Assembly: GCA_031268195.1 (NCBI GenBank)
Contig: JAIRXQ010000024.1
Location: forward strand, 36,428 to 100,427
Source: Azoarcus sp.
GTDB lineage: Bacteria > Pseudomonadota > Gammaproteobacteria > Burkholderiales > Rhodocyclaceae
Length of the DNA stretch: 64,000 bases
Direction: 5' to 3'
Part shown: in pieces, positions 36,389 to 47,056 of the stretch
Layout: every line of letters starts with the position of its first letter
How positions within the stretch are numbered: position 1 is the stretch's first letter
The notes under the pieces: model-generated
Databases searched by the model: none
The model's input: only the letters and a program-made list of their open reading frames with translations
What the model was told of the DNA's origin: nothing
Translations under genes and position numbers: made by a program

Positions 36389-36416
36389 TTTTAATCTTAC
36401 TATTATATGATTAAAA
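36389..36416 (-). promoter_or_regulatory. Putative TA autoregulatory operator around a TATAAT -10
   Basis: Inverted repeat TTTTAATC (36389-96)/GATTAAAA (36409-16) enclosing minus-strand TATAAT (36402-07). Confidence 0.65.
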
Positions 36417-36439
36417 TCAAATTTTACCAGGCAGGCTGT

Positions 36440-36468
36440 CGCGCGCCTCAGCCCGCGTGCAGTGCCGC
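36440..36468. repeat. 29-bp direct repeat, proximal copy (contains the fabMG-like stop codon)
   Basis: cgcgcgcctcagcccgcgtgcagtgccgc. Confidence 0.85.
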
Positions 36469-37770
36469 CATTTTGCGCGCGACCGCGTCGTGGCCGAGCC
36501 ACAGCACTGGCGCGGCGGGTTCGGCGGCTTCGTTGAAGATCAGCGGGCCAGTGGCTTCGAGTACGTGCGTGCTCAGGCGTTCGGTGATGAGTTCGTGGCG
36601 CGATTTGTGTTGCGCGGTGATTTCTTCGGCGGTGGAAATCATCATCTGCGCGAGCGCCGGGGTGTTGTCCATCGGCCAGGCATCGAAATCGCGGAAGCGG
36701 CGCATCGTTTCGCTGGTGTTGTAGGTGTCCAGGCGCGCAAGAATGCCGTCGAGCGCGGCGGGGTCGGTGAGCAGGGCGCGGCTGGCGGCCCATTGCGCTT
36801 CGCCCCAGGCGGCGCAGCCTTCGCGCCGGTAGGCGTTCAGCAGGGGAATCAGCGACAGTTCGATGCCGACGAAAATGTCGGATGAATTGGTGCGGATTTC
36901 GGGGCAGTTGAATACCACGGCCTTCACGCCCTTGTCCCACGCGGCGCGGGCGATGTCTTCGAGGCGCTTTTTGGCGTAGCCCTGTGTGTAGTTGGTGTAG
37001 GTCTGCCACTGGTATTGGCCGTCGATGAGAATCTCGGTGCCGTGGTAGCCGTAGGCGGTGTAGCGCACCTGCCCGCCTTCGCGCTCGATGCGTTCGCGCA
37101 GGGCGGCGCTGGCCGCGATGAGCGCGGCGAAGGTGTTGCCGGTGACTTCTTCGAAGTTCATCAGGTTGAGCTTGCCGAGATCGCTGTCGAGCAGGGCGCG
37201 CGAGGACATGAAGCGTTCGCCGCGCCCTTTGTAGATGCGGTTGGCGATGGCGAGGAACACTTTGGCCTTGATGAGTCCGCCCGCCATGGTGTGCGCGAAA
37301 AAGACGTTCGCGCCGGGGGGGATCAGAGCTTCGATCCGGCGCACGGCTTCGGCCGCCGAGGCGTTGAAGCGCGCCACGCCCGCCGCGCGACAGGCGGCGA
37401 TGCGATCCCAATCGAGTTTGTCTTCCTGCCACGTCTTGAGGGTCAGCGCGCCCGCCAGTTCGGTGACGGTGGGGCCACCGTCCGCCGGGGTGTCGAGATC
37501 GAACCCGGCCATCAACGGGATGTTGACGATGCGCCCGCCCAGGTTGGCCTCGGCGGCGGCGAGTTCTTCGTCATCGAGCGGACGCAGGCTGCCATCCGGC
37601 GCGCGGCGGCCCACGGTCGTGCCGATCACCGTCATGCCCGCGGCGCGTGCCTGCGCCACGAGGCCGTTGGCGTAGCCACGCCCGAAAAGTTCTCCGAAAA
37701 GGACGAAAACATCGCCCGCGCCGAACAGGCTCTGGCGGGACAGGGTACGAAGGGGAACAAGTGCGCTCAC
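36448..37770 (-). CDS. Probable FabMG-type enoyl-ACP reductase
   Basis: GDVFVLFGELFGRGYANGL, TVGRR, FAHTMAGG, YGYHGTE, YTNYTQG..K, FNCPEI.TNSS; family assigned from recall. Confidence 0.65.
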   Translation of the reverse strand: MSALVPLRTLSRQSLFGAGDVFVLFGELFGRGYANGLVAQARAAGMTVIGTTVGRRAPDGSLRPLDDEELAAAEANLGGRIVNIPLMAGFDLDTPADGGPTVTELAGALTLKTWQEDKLDWDRIAACRAAGVARFNASAAEAVRRIEALIPPGANVFFAHTMAGGLIKAKVFLAIANRIYKGRGERFMSSRALLDSDLGKLNLMNFEEVTGNTFAALIAASAALRERIEREGGQVRYTAYGYHGTEILIDGQYQWQTYTNYTQGYAKKRLEDIARAAWDKGVKAVVFNCPEIRTNSSDIFVGIELSLIPLLNAYRREGCAAWGEAQWAASRALLTDPAALDGILARLDTYNTSETMRRFRDFDAWPMDNTPALAQMMISTAEEITAQHKSRHELITERLSTHVLEATGPLIFNEAAEPAAPVLWLGHDAVARKMAALHAG

Positions 37771-37829
37771 GACAAAGACCTCTCTATACGGGCATGACGA
37801 AAAACCGTGATTCTAGAAAAAAGCGGCGC

Positions 37830-38678
37830 TCATTGCATGGGCATGGCGCGTAGGCGGGCGATACGCTCCCCGGTGGGCGGATGCGTCGAGAACAGATTGC
37901 GCAGACCGCCGCCGAGCAGTGGGTTGATGATCATCATCTGCGCCGTGGCGAGGTGTTCCTCGGCGGTTTCGAACGGAATGCTTTTTGCGTAGGCGTCGAT
38001 CTTCTTCAGGGCGTCGGCCAGCGCGTCCGGGTCGCCGCAAAATTCCGCGCCGCCCGCGTCCGCGCCGAATTCGCGCGTGCGGCTGACCGCCATCTGGATC
38101 AGCATCGCCGCCAGCGGGGCGAGGAACATCATCAGCATGGCGGCGAGCGGATGGGCGCGCTCGCCCTCGCCGTGGCGTCCGCCGAAGAGCATGCCGAACT
38201 GCGCCAGCACCGAAATCGCCCCCGCCACGCTGGCGGAAATCGTGGAGATCAGGATGTCGCGATGCTTGACGTGCGCCAGTTCGTGCCCCATGACGCCGCG
38301 CAGTTCGCGTTCGGTGAGCAGCCTCATGATGCCGGTGGTGGCGCACACGGCCGCGTGTTCGGGGTTGCGCCCGGTGGCGAAGGCGTTGGGCTGCGCTTCG
38401 TCGATAATGTAGACCTTTGGCATCGGCAGTTCGGCGCGTTCGGCCAGATCTTTCACCATGTTGTAGAGCTGCGGCGCGTTGCGCTTGTCGACGGGCTGCG
38501 CATTGTACATTTTCAGCACCGCCTGGTCGGAAAACCAGTAGGCCCACAGGTTGGCCGCGCCGCCGAAGACGAGGGCGATGAGCATCCCCTGCTGCCCGCC
38601 GAGCGCGCCGCCCACAACGCCGAACAGGGCGATGATGCCCGCCATCAGGATGGAGGTCTTCAGCCAGTTGCCAAACAT
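37830..38678 (-). CDS. htpX: Zinc metalloprotease HtpX
   Basis: [33 protein letters not shown]. Confidence 0.95.
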   Translation of the reverse strand: MFGNWLKTSILMAGIIALFGVVGGALGGQQGMLIALVFGGAANLWAYWFSDQAVLKMYNAQPVDKRNAPQLYNMVKDLAERAELPMPKVYIIDEAQPNAFATGRNPEHAAVCATTGIMRLLTERELRGVMGHELAHVKHRDILISTISASVAGAISVLAQFGMLFGGRHGEGERAHPLAAMLMMFLAPLAAMLIQMAVSRTREFGADAGGAEFCGDPDALADALKKIDAYAKSIPFETAEEHLATAQMMIINPLLGGGLRNLFSTHPPTGERIARLRAMPMQ

Positions 38679-38700
38679 GTGTTCTGTCTCCTTTTATTTG

Positions 38701-39648
38701 TCATCTGTCGGGCAATGCGAACCGCTCGCCCGGCAACAGCGCGAAACCGCGCAGGAATTCCGCCGCCGCCATGCGCCGGCTGCCCGGGCGCTGCAACTGC
38801 GCGATGACGAGCGCGCCTTCGCCGCACGCGACCACGATGCCGTCCGCGCCGACGCGCAGGACGAGGCCCGGTTCACCGCTTTCCCTGCAGGTGCGCGCCG
38901 CCCGGAATTTGATCGTGGTGTCATGGACATGGCCGATCGCACCGGGGAACGGATCGAAGGCCCGCACCGCGCGCGCCAGTTCCACCGCCGGACGCCGCCA
39001 GTCGAGCGCGGCTTCGGCGCGTGAAATTTTGTGGGCGTAGGTGGCTTCCGTCTCCGGTTGCGGTTCGGGAACGAGATCGCCCGCCGCCAAGTGCGCCAGC
39101 GTCTCGACGATGGCGTCCGCCCCCAGGCGGGCGAGCTTGTCGTGCAGCGTCGCGGCGGTGTCTTCACCCGCGATGGGCAGCGCGCGCCGCAGCAGCATCG
39201 GGCCGGTGTCCAGCCCGGCGTCCATCTGCATGATGGTGATGCCGGTTTGCACATCGCCCGCGGCAATGGCGCGCTGGATCGGCGCGGCGCCGCGCCAGCG
39301 CGGCAGCAGCGAGGCATGGATGTTCACGCACCCCAGGCGCGGCAGGGCCAGCGCCTGGGGCGGCAGCAGCAGGCCATAGGCGGCGACAACCAGCACATCG
39401 GCCTGACAGGCCGCAAGCGGCGTGCGCTGCGCTTCGCTTTTCAAGCTCTGGGGCTGCTCGATGCTCAGCCCATGCGCCAGCGCGCAGCGTTTGACCGCGC
39501 CCGGCACGATTTTCATGCCGCGTCCGGCGGCCCGATCCGGCTGCGTCAGCACCAGCGGCACCTGGTAGCCCGCCCGGAGGATCGCCTCCAGCGCGGCGGC
39601 GGCGAATTCCGGCGTGCCCGCGAAGGCCACGCGCAAAGCGGCGCTCAT
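38701..39648 (-). CDS. fmt: Methionyl-tRNA formyltransferase
   Basis: FAGTPEFA, TQPDRAAGRG, NIHASLLPRWRGAAPIQRA, MDAGLDTG. Confidence 0.96.
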   Translation of the reverse strand: MSAALRVAFAGTPEFAAAALEAILRAGYQVPLVLTQPDRAAGRGMKIVPGAVKRCALAHGLSIEQPQSLKSEAQRTPLAACQADVLVVAAYGLLLPPQALALPRLGCVNIHASLLPRWRGAAPIQRAIAAGDVQTGITIMQMDAGLDTGPMLLRRALPIAGEDTAATLHDKLARLGADAIVETLAHLAAGDLVPEPQPETEATYAHKISRAEAALDWRRPAVELARAVRAFDPFPGAIGHVHDTTIKFRAARTCRESGEPGLVLRVGADGIVVACGEGALVIAQLQRPGSRRMAAAEFLRGFALLPGERFALPDR

Positions 39649-39711
39649 GGGGAATCCTCCCTGCGCCGGCCGGGCGCGGCGCCCGTGAAACGCGTCCGTG
39701 CCGCCCGGCCG

Positions 39712-40227
39712 TCAGTCCTTCGCATCTTTGTCGTCCTGCGCCTGTTTGAACAGCCGGGTTTTGATGCGGCCCTGCTTGAGCCGCGAGAGGTATTCGACGA
39801 ACACTTTGCCGTCGAGGTGATCGAATTCGTGTTGGAGGCACACCGCGAGCAATCCTTCGGCCTCCAGCTCGAACGGCTCGCCTTTTTCGTTCAGCGCCCG
39901 CACTGTCACGCGCTCGGCGCGCGGCACGGTTTCCCGCACGCCGGGTACGGAAAGACAGCCCTCCTCGCTCTCGCATGCGCCCTCGCGTCCGACGATTTCG
40001 CCGTTGATGAACACTTGCAGCGTGTCGCGCTTCTCGCTCACGTCGATAACCGCGATGCGCTGGTGGACGTCGACCTGCGTGGCGGCGAGTCCGACGCCTT
40101 CGGCAGCGTACATGGTTTCGGCCATGTCGCGGATCAGGGCCGCGACGGACGCATCCAGCGCCTCGACCGGGGCGGCTTTGGTATGCAGGCGGAGATCGGG
40201 AAAACGGAGAATGGGTAGCAGAGCCAT
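39712..40227 (-). CDS. def: Peptide deformylase
   Basis: [23 protein letters not shown]; real start [11 protein letters not shown] at 40227. Confidence 0.96.
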   Translation of the reverse strand: MALLPILRFPDLRLHTKAAPVEALDASVAALIRDMAETMYAAEGVGLAATQVDVHQRIAVIDVSEKRDTLQVFINGEIVGREGACESEEGCLSVPGVRETVPRAERVTVRALNEKGEPFELEAEGLLAVCLQHEFDHLDGKVFVEYLSRLKQGRIKTRLFKQAQDDKDAKD

Positions 40228-40335
40228 AGAACGAAAGAGAAGAAAACCGTCACGAACAGAATCCGGCGCGCGCTCTAACATGAGTTCCGGTGTTTTGTGC
40301 CGAAAACTTGTGCCGAAAACATAAGGAAGCGAGCA

Positions 40336-41370
40336 ATGTCCAAGATTATATCTTCCCTCATCGCCGGCATCGCGCTTACCGCCTGCGCCATCGTACAGGC
40401 CGCGCCGCCCGCCGTCGCCACCAGCGCGCCGGATTCCTATACCGTCGTCAAGGGCGATACCCTGTGGGATATCTCCGGCCGCTTCCTGCAAGAGCCCTGG
40501 CGTTGGCCCGAAGTCTGGCAAATGAACACGGACGAGATCAAGAATCCGCACCTCATCTATCCTGGCCAGATCGTCGTGCTCGACCGCAGCGGCCCATATC
40601 TGCGGCTCGGCAAGCCGGTTGCGGACAGCAGCGGCAAGGCTATCGGTGAAGGCCGATTGCAGCCGCGCGTCTATGAGACGCCGGTCGACGAGGCGATTTC
40701 CACCATTCCGCTCAAAGTCATCGCGCCCTTCCTCACCCGGCCCCTGGTGGCCGACGAGGCACGCCTCATCGGCGCGGCCACCATCGTCGCCACCGAAACC
40801 AGCCGCGTCTATCTGGGGCAGGGCGACACCATTTTCGCCAAAAACGTGCGCGCGGATGTCGATCGGTGGGCGGTTTTCCGCCCCGCCAAGCCGCTGATCG
40901 ATCCCGTCACTCAAAAGCAGATCGCCTTTGAAGCGCAGTATCTCGGCATTGCCAGAGTCACCGAGCGCACCGATCCGGTCACGTTGCAGATCATCGAAGC
41001 CGTCGAGGAAATCGGCGCGGGCGATCTGATGCTGCCCGTCGAGGGCGAACTGGTCTTTTCCTACGCGCCGCACGCGCCCACACAAGCTATCGATGCACAC
41101 ATGATCTCCATTTATCGCGGCGTGCTCGAAACCGGCAAATTGAGCGTGGTCGCCATCAACGCGGGCAAGGAAGACGGGCTCGATCCCGGCAGCGTGCTGG
41201 CGATGTTCCGCGATCGCGGCACGGCCACCCACGGCCAGCAGCGCCACAAATTGCCCGAAAAACGCTACGGGTCGCTACTGGTGTTCCGTGTGTTCGATCG
41301 TGTATCCTATGCCCTGATCATGGACACCGATGGACAGGCAACGATCGGGGACGCCGTCAGGAACCCCTGA
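40336..41370 (+). CDS. LysM peptidoglycan-binding protein (TsaP-like)
   Basis: Signal, [13 protein letters not shown]...WPEVW...[11 protein letters not shown]; typical def-divergent position before dprA. Confidence 0.88.
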   Translation: MSKIISSLIAGIALTACAIVQAAPPAVATSAPDSYTVVKGDTLWDISGRFLQEPWRWPEVWQMNTDEIKNPHLIYPGQIVVLDRSGPYLRLGKPVADSSGKAIGEGRLQPRVYETPVDEAISTIPLKVIAPFLTRPLVADEARLIGAATIVATETSRVYLGQGDTIFAKNVRADVDRWAVFRPAKPLIDPVTQKQIAFEAQYLGIARVTERTDPVTLQIIEAVEEIGAGDLMLPVEGELVFSYAPHAPTQAIDAHMISIYRGVLETGKLSVVAINAGKEDGLDPGSVLAMFRDRGTATHGQQRHKLPEKRYGSLLVFRVFDRVSYALIMDTDGQATIGDAVRNP

Positions 41371-41406
41371 AAACCCCTGAAGGAAGCCCTGAAAGCACAC
41401 GACGCC

Positions 41407-42576
41407 CTGAAAACACACGACGATAAGGCGGCTCAAGACGAGCTTGCCGAGTGGATTCGCTTCGCACTCACCCCGGTCAGCCCCAAGCGGCAGCTCGAAC
41501 TGCTTGCCGCGTTCGGCTTGCCGGGGCAAGTTTTTGCTCAATCGCACAGCAGGCTCGCCAGCCTCGCCGGAACCAAAACGGCCGAGGCGCTGCGCACCGG
41601 CCCCAAACCGGAAGCCGTCGAAGCCGCGCTCGCCTGGGCCGCGGGTGACGGCAACCATCTCCTGACGCTGGCCGACGCCGCCTATCCCAAAGCCTTGCTG
41701 GAAATCCCGGACCCGCCCATCGCGCTCTACGTCAAGGGCAACCCGGCGCTGCTCGCGCGCCCGGCACTGGCGCTGGTCGGTTCGCGCACCGGCACCGCGC
41801 AGGGCGAAGCCAACGCCGAAGCGTTCGCGCGCAGTCTGGGCGAAGCGGGGCTGACCATCATCAGCGGCCTCGCCCTCGGGATCGATGCCGCCGCGCACCG
41901 GGGCGCACTCGAAACCGCGGGCGGCACGGTGGCCGTCCTCGGCACCGGCATCGACCGCATCTATCCTGCCGCCAACGAAAGCCTGACGCGAGAAATCGCC
42001 GCGCGCGGCGCGCTGGTGAGCGAATTCCCGCTCGGCATGCCGCCGGCGCGCCACCACTTTCCGCGCCGCAACCGCCTGATCGCCGGTCTGGCGCAAGGCG
42101 TGCTGGTGGTGGAGGCGACGCTCAACAGCGGCTCCCTCATCACCGCGCGTCTGGCGCTCGAAAGCGGCCGCGAGGTTTTTGCCATCCCCGGCTCCATCCA
42201 TTCCCCTCTGGCGCGCGGCTGCCATCACTTGATCCGCGAAGGCGCGAAGTTGGTCGAAACCGCCGAGGACGTGCTCGAAGAGCTGCGCGCCCGCCTGGGC
42301 AACAGCCTGCCGCCGCGCCCCGAAAAACCACGCACTCGCCGCGCCGCGCCCGCCAGACGCGCCAGCGCGCCGCCCGCCCGCCTCGACCTTCCCCCCGAAG
42401 CCTGCAAAGTGCTGGAAGCTCTCGGCCCCGAGCCCCGCGACATCGACAGCCTCGCGCTGGCCACCGGCCTCACGGTCGATGCGCTCAACGTGCATCTGCT
42501 CACGCTGGAACTGGAAGGACTCGCGGCACGGCAGCCGGGCGGCGGCTTTCAGCGGCTGCACCGCCCGCTTCTTTGA
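41407..42576 (+). CDS. dprA: DNA-processing protein DprA (start uncertain, CTG candidates only)
   Basis: YPKALLEIPDPP, LVGSR, ISGLALGIDAAAH, FPRRNRLIAGL, SGSLITA, PGSIHSP..GCHHLIREGA. Confidence 0.92.
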   Translation: MKTHDDKAAQDELAEWIRFALTPVSPKRQLELLAAFGLPGQVFAQSHSRLASLAGTKTAEALRTGPKPEAVEAALAWAAGDGNHLLTLADAAYPKALLEIPDPPIALYVKGNPALLARPALALVGSRTGTAQGEANAEAFARSLGEAGLTIISGLALGIDAAAHRGALETAGGTVAVLGTGIDRIYPAANESLTREIAARGALVSEFPLGMPPARHHFPRRNRLIAGLAQGVLVVEATLNSGSLITARLALESGREVFAIPGSIHSPLARGCHHLIREGAKLVETAEDVLEELRARLGNSLPPRPEKPRTRRAAPARRASAPPARLDLPPEACKVLEALGPEPRDIDSLALATGLTVDALNVHLLTLELEGLAARQPGGGFQRLHRPLL

Positions 42577-42624
42577 CGAAAATTCTCCCGCGCCGCGCGG
42601 CGATTGCGCCGATTGGCGGGGAGC

Positions 42625-42668
42625 GGATGGGGGCAGGATGGGGACAGGATGGGGGCAGGACAGGGGCA
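42625..42668 (+). repeat. Four imperfect 11-bp tandem repeats
   Basis: ggatgggggca ggatggggaca ggatgggggca ggacaggggca. Confidence 0.7.
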
Positions 42669-42821
42669 GAACAGGACAGGCAATGAGCGCCGCTACATCG
42701 ACCGGCCGACCGTCAAATATTTGCTTTTTCCACTTAGTTGCTTGCAAGGCCGTCCATAGCGTCTTTATCATCCGCCGCTCTACAACCCCAAGGGCATCGC
42801 GCCCGGCACCGGCCAAGCCGT

Positions 42822-45341
42822 ATGAGCAAACAACTGATCATCGCGGAAAAACCTTCGGTGGCGCAGGACATCGCCCGCGCACTGGGCGGTTTCACCAAGG
42901 AAAAAGACTACTTCGAGTCGGAGGACTACGTGCTTTCCTCGGCACTCGGCCATCTGCTCGAACTGACCGTGCCCGAAGAATTCGAGGTGAAGCGCGGCAA
43001 ATGGACCTTCGCGCATCTGCCGGTGATTCCGCCGCACTTCGCGCTCAAGCCCATCGAAAAGACCAGTGATCGCCTGAAACAGCTTACCCGCCTCATCAAG
43101 AGAAAGGACGTGGGCGGACTCATCAACGCCTGCGACGCGGGGCGCGAGGGCGAGTTGATCTTCAACTTCATCGCCCAGCACACGGGCGCGGCAAAACCCA
43201 TGCGCCGCCTGTGGCTGCAATCCATGACCCCAAACGCCATCCGCGACGGCTTCCAGCGCCTGCGCGCCGCAAGCGAGGTCGAGGGGCTGCGCTGCGCCGC
43301 CGTGTGCCGCGCCGAATCGGACTGGCTGATCGGCATCAATGGCACGCGCGCCATGACCGCGTTCAACTCCAGGACCGGCGGTTTCCATCTCACCACCGTC
43401 GGACGTGTGCAGACGCCGACGCTGGCCATCGTGGTCGAGCGCGAGGGGCGCATCCGCAAGTTCAAGCCGCGCGACTATTGGGAGCTGGAAGCGCGCTTCG
43501 CCTGCGAGGGCGGGGAATACGGCGGGCGCTGGTTCGACGAAAAATTCAAGCGGCCCGAAGGCGACGAGCACGCCAATGCGCATCGCCTGTGGGAGGCGGC
43601 CCGCGCCGAGGCCATCCGCGCCAAATGCGCCGGGCAACCGGGCACGGTCACTGAAGAATCAAAGCCGTCGACGCAGCTCTCGCCGCTCCTGTTCGATCTC
43701 ACCAGCCTGCAACGCGAGGCCAACGGGCGCTTCGGCTTCTCGGCGCGCACGACGCTGCAACTGGCGCAGGCGCTCTACGAACGTCACAAGGCGCTCACCT
43801 ACCCGCGTACCGATGCGCGCGCCTTGCCGGAAGACTATGTCGACACGGTCAAGGATATCCTCGGGAATCTGCCTGCCGAATACGCCCCGTTCGCCACCGA
43901 GATCGCCAGTAAGGGCTGGGTGCGTCCGAACAAGCGCATCTTCGACAACGGCAAGATTTCCGACCACTTCGCCATCATTCCCACCGGCACGGTGCCGAAA
44001 AGCCTCTCGGAGGCCGAGCAGAAAATCTACGATCTCGTCACGCGCCGCTTCCTCGCCGTGTTCTACCCGGCGGCGGAATTCAGGCTCACGACCCGCCTCA
44101 CCCGCGTCGCGGGCGAGGTGTTCAAGACCGAGGGCAAGATCCTGGTCAATCCCGGCTGGCTCGTGGTGCGCAAGGGCGCGCTCGAAGCGCAAAAAGAAAG
44201 CGAGGAGCAGGCGCACATCACCCCGGTGCGCCCCAACGAGACGGTGCGCACGCAAGATATCCTCATCCGCGCCCTGCAAACCCGCCCCCCGGCCCGCTTC
44301 AACGAAGCGACGCTGCTCTCCGCGATGGAGGGCGCGGGCAAGATGGTCGATGACGAGGAACTGCGCGCGGCGATGGCCGAACGCGGCCTCGGCACCCCGG
44401 CGACGCGGGCGCAGATCATCGAAGGGTTGATCGCGGAGCAATACCTGCACCGCGAAGGGCGCGAGCTGATTCCGAGCGCCAAGGCGTTCTCGCTCATCAC
44501 GCTCATCAAGGGACTGGGGATCGATGCGCTCGCCTCGCCGCAGCTCACCGGCGGCTGGGAACACAAGCTCGCCCGCATGGAGCGCGGCGAGCTCACGCGC
44601 GAAGCATTCATGAGCGAGATCGCCACCATGGCCCGCGACATGGTCGAGCGCGCCAAGCAGTACGAATCCGACACCGTCCCCGGCGACTTCGCCACCCTGG
44701 GCGAGCCGTGCCCGAAATGCGGCGGCACGGTGAAAGAGAATTACAAGAAGTTCGCCTGTCAGCAATGCGGCTGGAGCACATGGAAAATCGTTGCCAGCCG
44801 CCAGTTCGAGATCGGCGAGATCGAAACCTTGCTGCGCACGGGCCGCATCGGACCGCTGATCGGCTTTCGCAACAAGATGGGACGCCTGTTCAACGCCGAA
44901 ATCATCCTGAACGACGACCAACAGCCCACTTTCGATTTCGGTCAGCCGCGTGAGGGCGAAGCCGCCGAAGCGGTCGATTTTTCCGCGCAGGAATCCGTCG
45001 GCGCCTGTCCCAAGTGCGGCGCACGCGTTTTCGAGCACGGCGCGGCCTACGTCTGCGAAAAATCGACCGGCCCGCAAAAGAGCTGCGATTTCCGCTCCGG
45101 CAAAATCATCCTGCAACAGCCGGTCGAGCGCGCCCAGATGCAAAAACTGCTCGCGGAAGGCAAAACGGACCTTCTGCGCGGCTTCGTCTCCGCACGCACG
45201 CACCGCAAATTCTCGGCTTTCCTCGTCCGCGGCAAGGACAGCAAGGTCGGGTTCGAATTCGAGCCGAGAGCGCCAAAGGCCGCAAAGGTGGATGGAGAGA
45301 AAAAGCCCGCCGCCAAGCGCGCGGCAAAACAAAAGGAATAG
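42822..45341 (+). CDS. topB: DNA topoisomerase III (type IA) with C-terminal zinc-ribbon repeats
   Basis: LIIAEKPSVA, INACDAGREGELIF, GRVQTPTL, LTYPRTD, GLGTPATRA. Confidence 0.92.
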   Translation: MSKQLIIAEKPSVAQDIARALGGFTKEKDYFESEDYVLSSALGHLLELTVPEEFEVKRGKWTFAHLPVIPPHFALKPIEKTSDRLKQLTRLIKRKDVGGLINACDAGREGELIFNFIAQHTGAAKPMRRLWLQSMTPNAIRDGFQRLRAASEVEGLRCAAVCRAESDWLIGINGTRAMTAFNSRTGGFHLTTVGRVQTPTLAIVVEREGRIRKFKPRDYWELEARFACEGGEYGGRWFDEKFKRPEGDEHANAHRLWEAARAEAIRAKCAGQPGTVTEESKPSTQLSPLLFDLTSLQREANGRFGFSARTTLQLAQALYERHKALTYPRTDARALPEDYVDTVKDILGNLPAEYAPFATEIASKGWVRPNKRIFDNGKISDHFAIIPTGTVPKSLSEAEQKIYDLVTRRFLAVFYPAAEFRLTTRLTRVAGEVFKTEGKILVNPGWLVVRKGALEAQKESEEQAHITPVRPNETVRTQDILIRALQTRPPARFNEATLLSAMEGAGKMVDDEELRAAMAERGLGTPATRAQIIEGLIAEQYLHREGRELIPSAKAFSLITLIKGLGIDALASPQLTGGWEHKLARMERGELTREAFMSEIATMARDMVERAKQYESDTVPGDFATLGEPCPKCGGTVKENYKKFACQQCGWSTWKIVASRQFEIGEIETLLRTGRIGPLIGFRNKMGRLFNAEIILNDDQQPTFDFGQPREGEAAEAVDFSAQESVGACPKCGARVFEHGAAYVCEKSTGPQKSCDFRSGKIILQQPVERAQMQKLLAEGKTDLLRGFVSARTHRKFSAFLVRGKDSKVGFEFEPRAPKAAKVDGEKKPAAKRAAKQKE

Positions 45342-45439
45342 GCTCAGCAATCTTCTTTCGTGGCGCGGATGCGGCGATAGCGGTTTAAAATCCGCCCCTC
45401 GCTCATGGGCATCCGCCCCGCTCGTCAGGTTTTCCTACC

Positions 45440-47050
45440 TTGCCATCTCCCGAACTCGCCCGCGACATCGCGTGCCGCCGCACTTTCGCCATCGTTTCCC
45501 ACCCCGACGCGGGCAAGACCACGCTCACCGAAAAGCTGTTGCTGTTCGGCGGCGCGATTCAGCTTGCGGGAACGGTGAAAGCGCGCAAATCCGCGCGTCA
45601 CGCCACTTCCGACTGGATGGAGGTCGAAAAGCAGCGCGGCATTTCGGTAACCAGCTCGGTGATGCAGTTCGAGTATCTTGGCCACACCATCAATCTGCTC
45701 GATACGCCGGGACACGAGGACTTCTCCGAGGACACCTACCGCGTGCTGACCGCCGTCGATGCGGCGGTGATGGTCATCGACGCAGCCAAGGGCGTGGAGG
45801 CGCAAACCATCAAACTGCTCGACGTCTGCCGCCTGCGCAATACGCCGATCATCACCTTCATCAACAAGCTCGACCGCGAAGTGCGCGAACCTTTCGAGCT
45901 GCTGGCCGAAATCGAGGCCGTGCTCAAGATAAGCTGCGCGCCCGTGACCTGGCCCATTGGTATGGGCAAAGCCTTTCGCGGCGTCTATCACCTGCTCGAC
46001 GACCGCACGCTGGCCTTCACCGCCGGAGAGGAGCACCGCTCCGAGATCGATGTGATCGCCGGGCTCGCCAATCTCGAACTCGACCGCCGCTATCCGGGCG
46101 AAATCGGGCAGGTGCGCAACGATGTGGCGTTGCTCCATGAGGCTTCGCCGCCGTTCGAACTGGCTGAATTCCTCGCCGGACAGCAAAGCCCGGTGTTCTT
46201 CGGCTCCGGCATCAATAACTTCGGCGTGCAGGAAATCCTGCAAGCCCTGATCGGCTGGGCGCCGCCGCCGCAGGCGCGCATCGCTTCCGTGGCTGATGGC
46301 GACAGCCGCATGGTGCAGCCGGATGAGGCGGCGTTTTCCGGCTTCGTTTTCAAGATCCAGGCCAACATGGACCCGCGCCACCGCGACCGCATCGCTTTTT
46401 TCCGCATCTGTTCCGGGCGCTACGAATCGGGCATGAAGGTGCGCCACCTCCGCGCCGGACGCGAGATGAAGCTCGCAAATGCCCTCACGTTCATGGCAAA
46501 TGAGCGCGTGCTGAAAGAAAATGGCGTCGCGGGCGACATCATCGGCATCCACAATCACGGCCAGTTGCAAATCGGAGACACGCTCTCCGAAGGCGAGGCG
46601 CTCGGCTTCAAGGGCATTCCCTATTTTTCGCCCGAGCTGTTCCGCGCCGTGCGCCTGCGCGATCCACTCAAATCGAAGCAATTACAGCAAGGTTTGCGGG
46701 AGTTGGGCGAAGAAGGCGCAATACAGTTGTTCGAGCTCGAAACCGGACAGATGCTGCTTGGCGCGGTCGGCCAACTGCAATTCGAAGTCGTCGCCCAGCG
46801 CCTCAAGGACGAATACAAGGTCGATGCCATTTTTGAAACTACCGACATTCACACCGCGCGCTGGCTCACTTTTCCGGACGACGCGATGCGGCGCAACTTC
46901 GGGCGCGAACAGGCGCACCGCATGGGGCACGACGTCGACGGCAACCTCGTCTATCTCGCCAGCAGCCGCTACAACCTCGAAGTGACGATGGAAAAATGGC
47001 CCAAAGTTGTCTTCCACGCCACGCGCGAGCATGGGCAGGTGCTGGGCTGA
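45440..47050 (+). CDS. prfC: Peptide chain release factor 3
   Basis: [36 protein letters not shown]; TTG start. Confidence 0.96.
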   Translation: MPSPELARDIACRRTFAIVSHPDAGKTTLTEKLLLFGGAIQLAGTVKARKSARHATSDWMEVEKQRGISVTSSVMQFEYLGHTINLLDTPGHEDFSEDTYRVLTAVDAAVMVIDAAKGVEAQTIKLLDVCRLRNTPIITFINKLDREVREPFELLAEIEAVLKISCAPVTWPIGMGKAFRGVYHLLDDRTLAFTAGEEHRSEIDVIAGLANLELDRRYPGEIGQVRNDVALLHEASPPFELAEFLAGQQSPVFFGSGINNFGVQEILQALIGWAPPPQARIASVADGDSRMVQPDEAAFSGFVFKIQANMDPRHRDRIAFFRICSGRYESGMKVRHLRAGREMKLANALTFMANERVLKENGVAGDIIGIHNHGQLQIGDTLSEGEALGFKGIPYFSPELFRAVRLRDPLKSKQLQQGLRELGEEGAIQLFELETGQMLLGAVGQLQFEVVAQRLKDEYKVDAIFETTDIHTARWLTFPDDAMRRNFGREQAHRMGHDVDGNLVYLASSRYNLEVTMEKWPKVVFHATREHGQVLG

Positions 47051-47056
47051 ACGATC

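Noticed and set aside
9958-36468. Pilus/iron operon as an intact mobile island (ICE or prophage)
   Set aside because: No integrase, transposase, relaxase or tRNA; the 29-bp repeat is not found at the priA end; most genes have host-like GC.
39712-41247. 511-aa def as given by the ORF track (similar over-extensions for DUF58, moxR, pilP, pilC, pilM/N, topB, earP)
   Set aside because: The extensions overlap neighbouring real genes; family N-termini and RBSs support the shorter starts reported.
41362-42668. Short repeats as a CRISPR array
   Set aside because: Units are 7-18 bp, lack unique spacers, and no cas genes are present.
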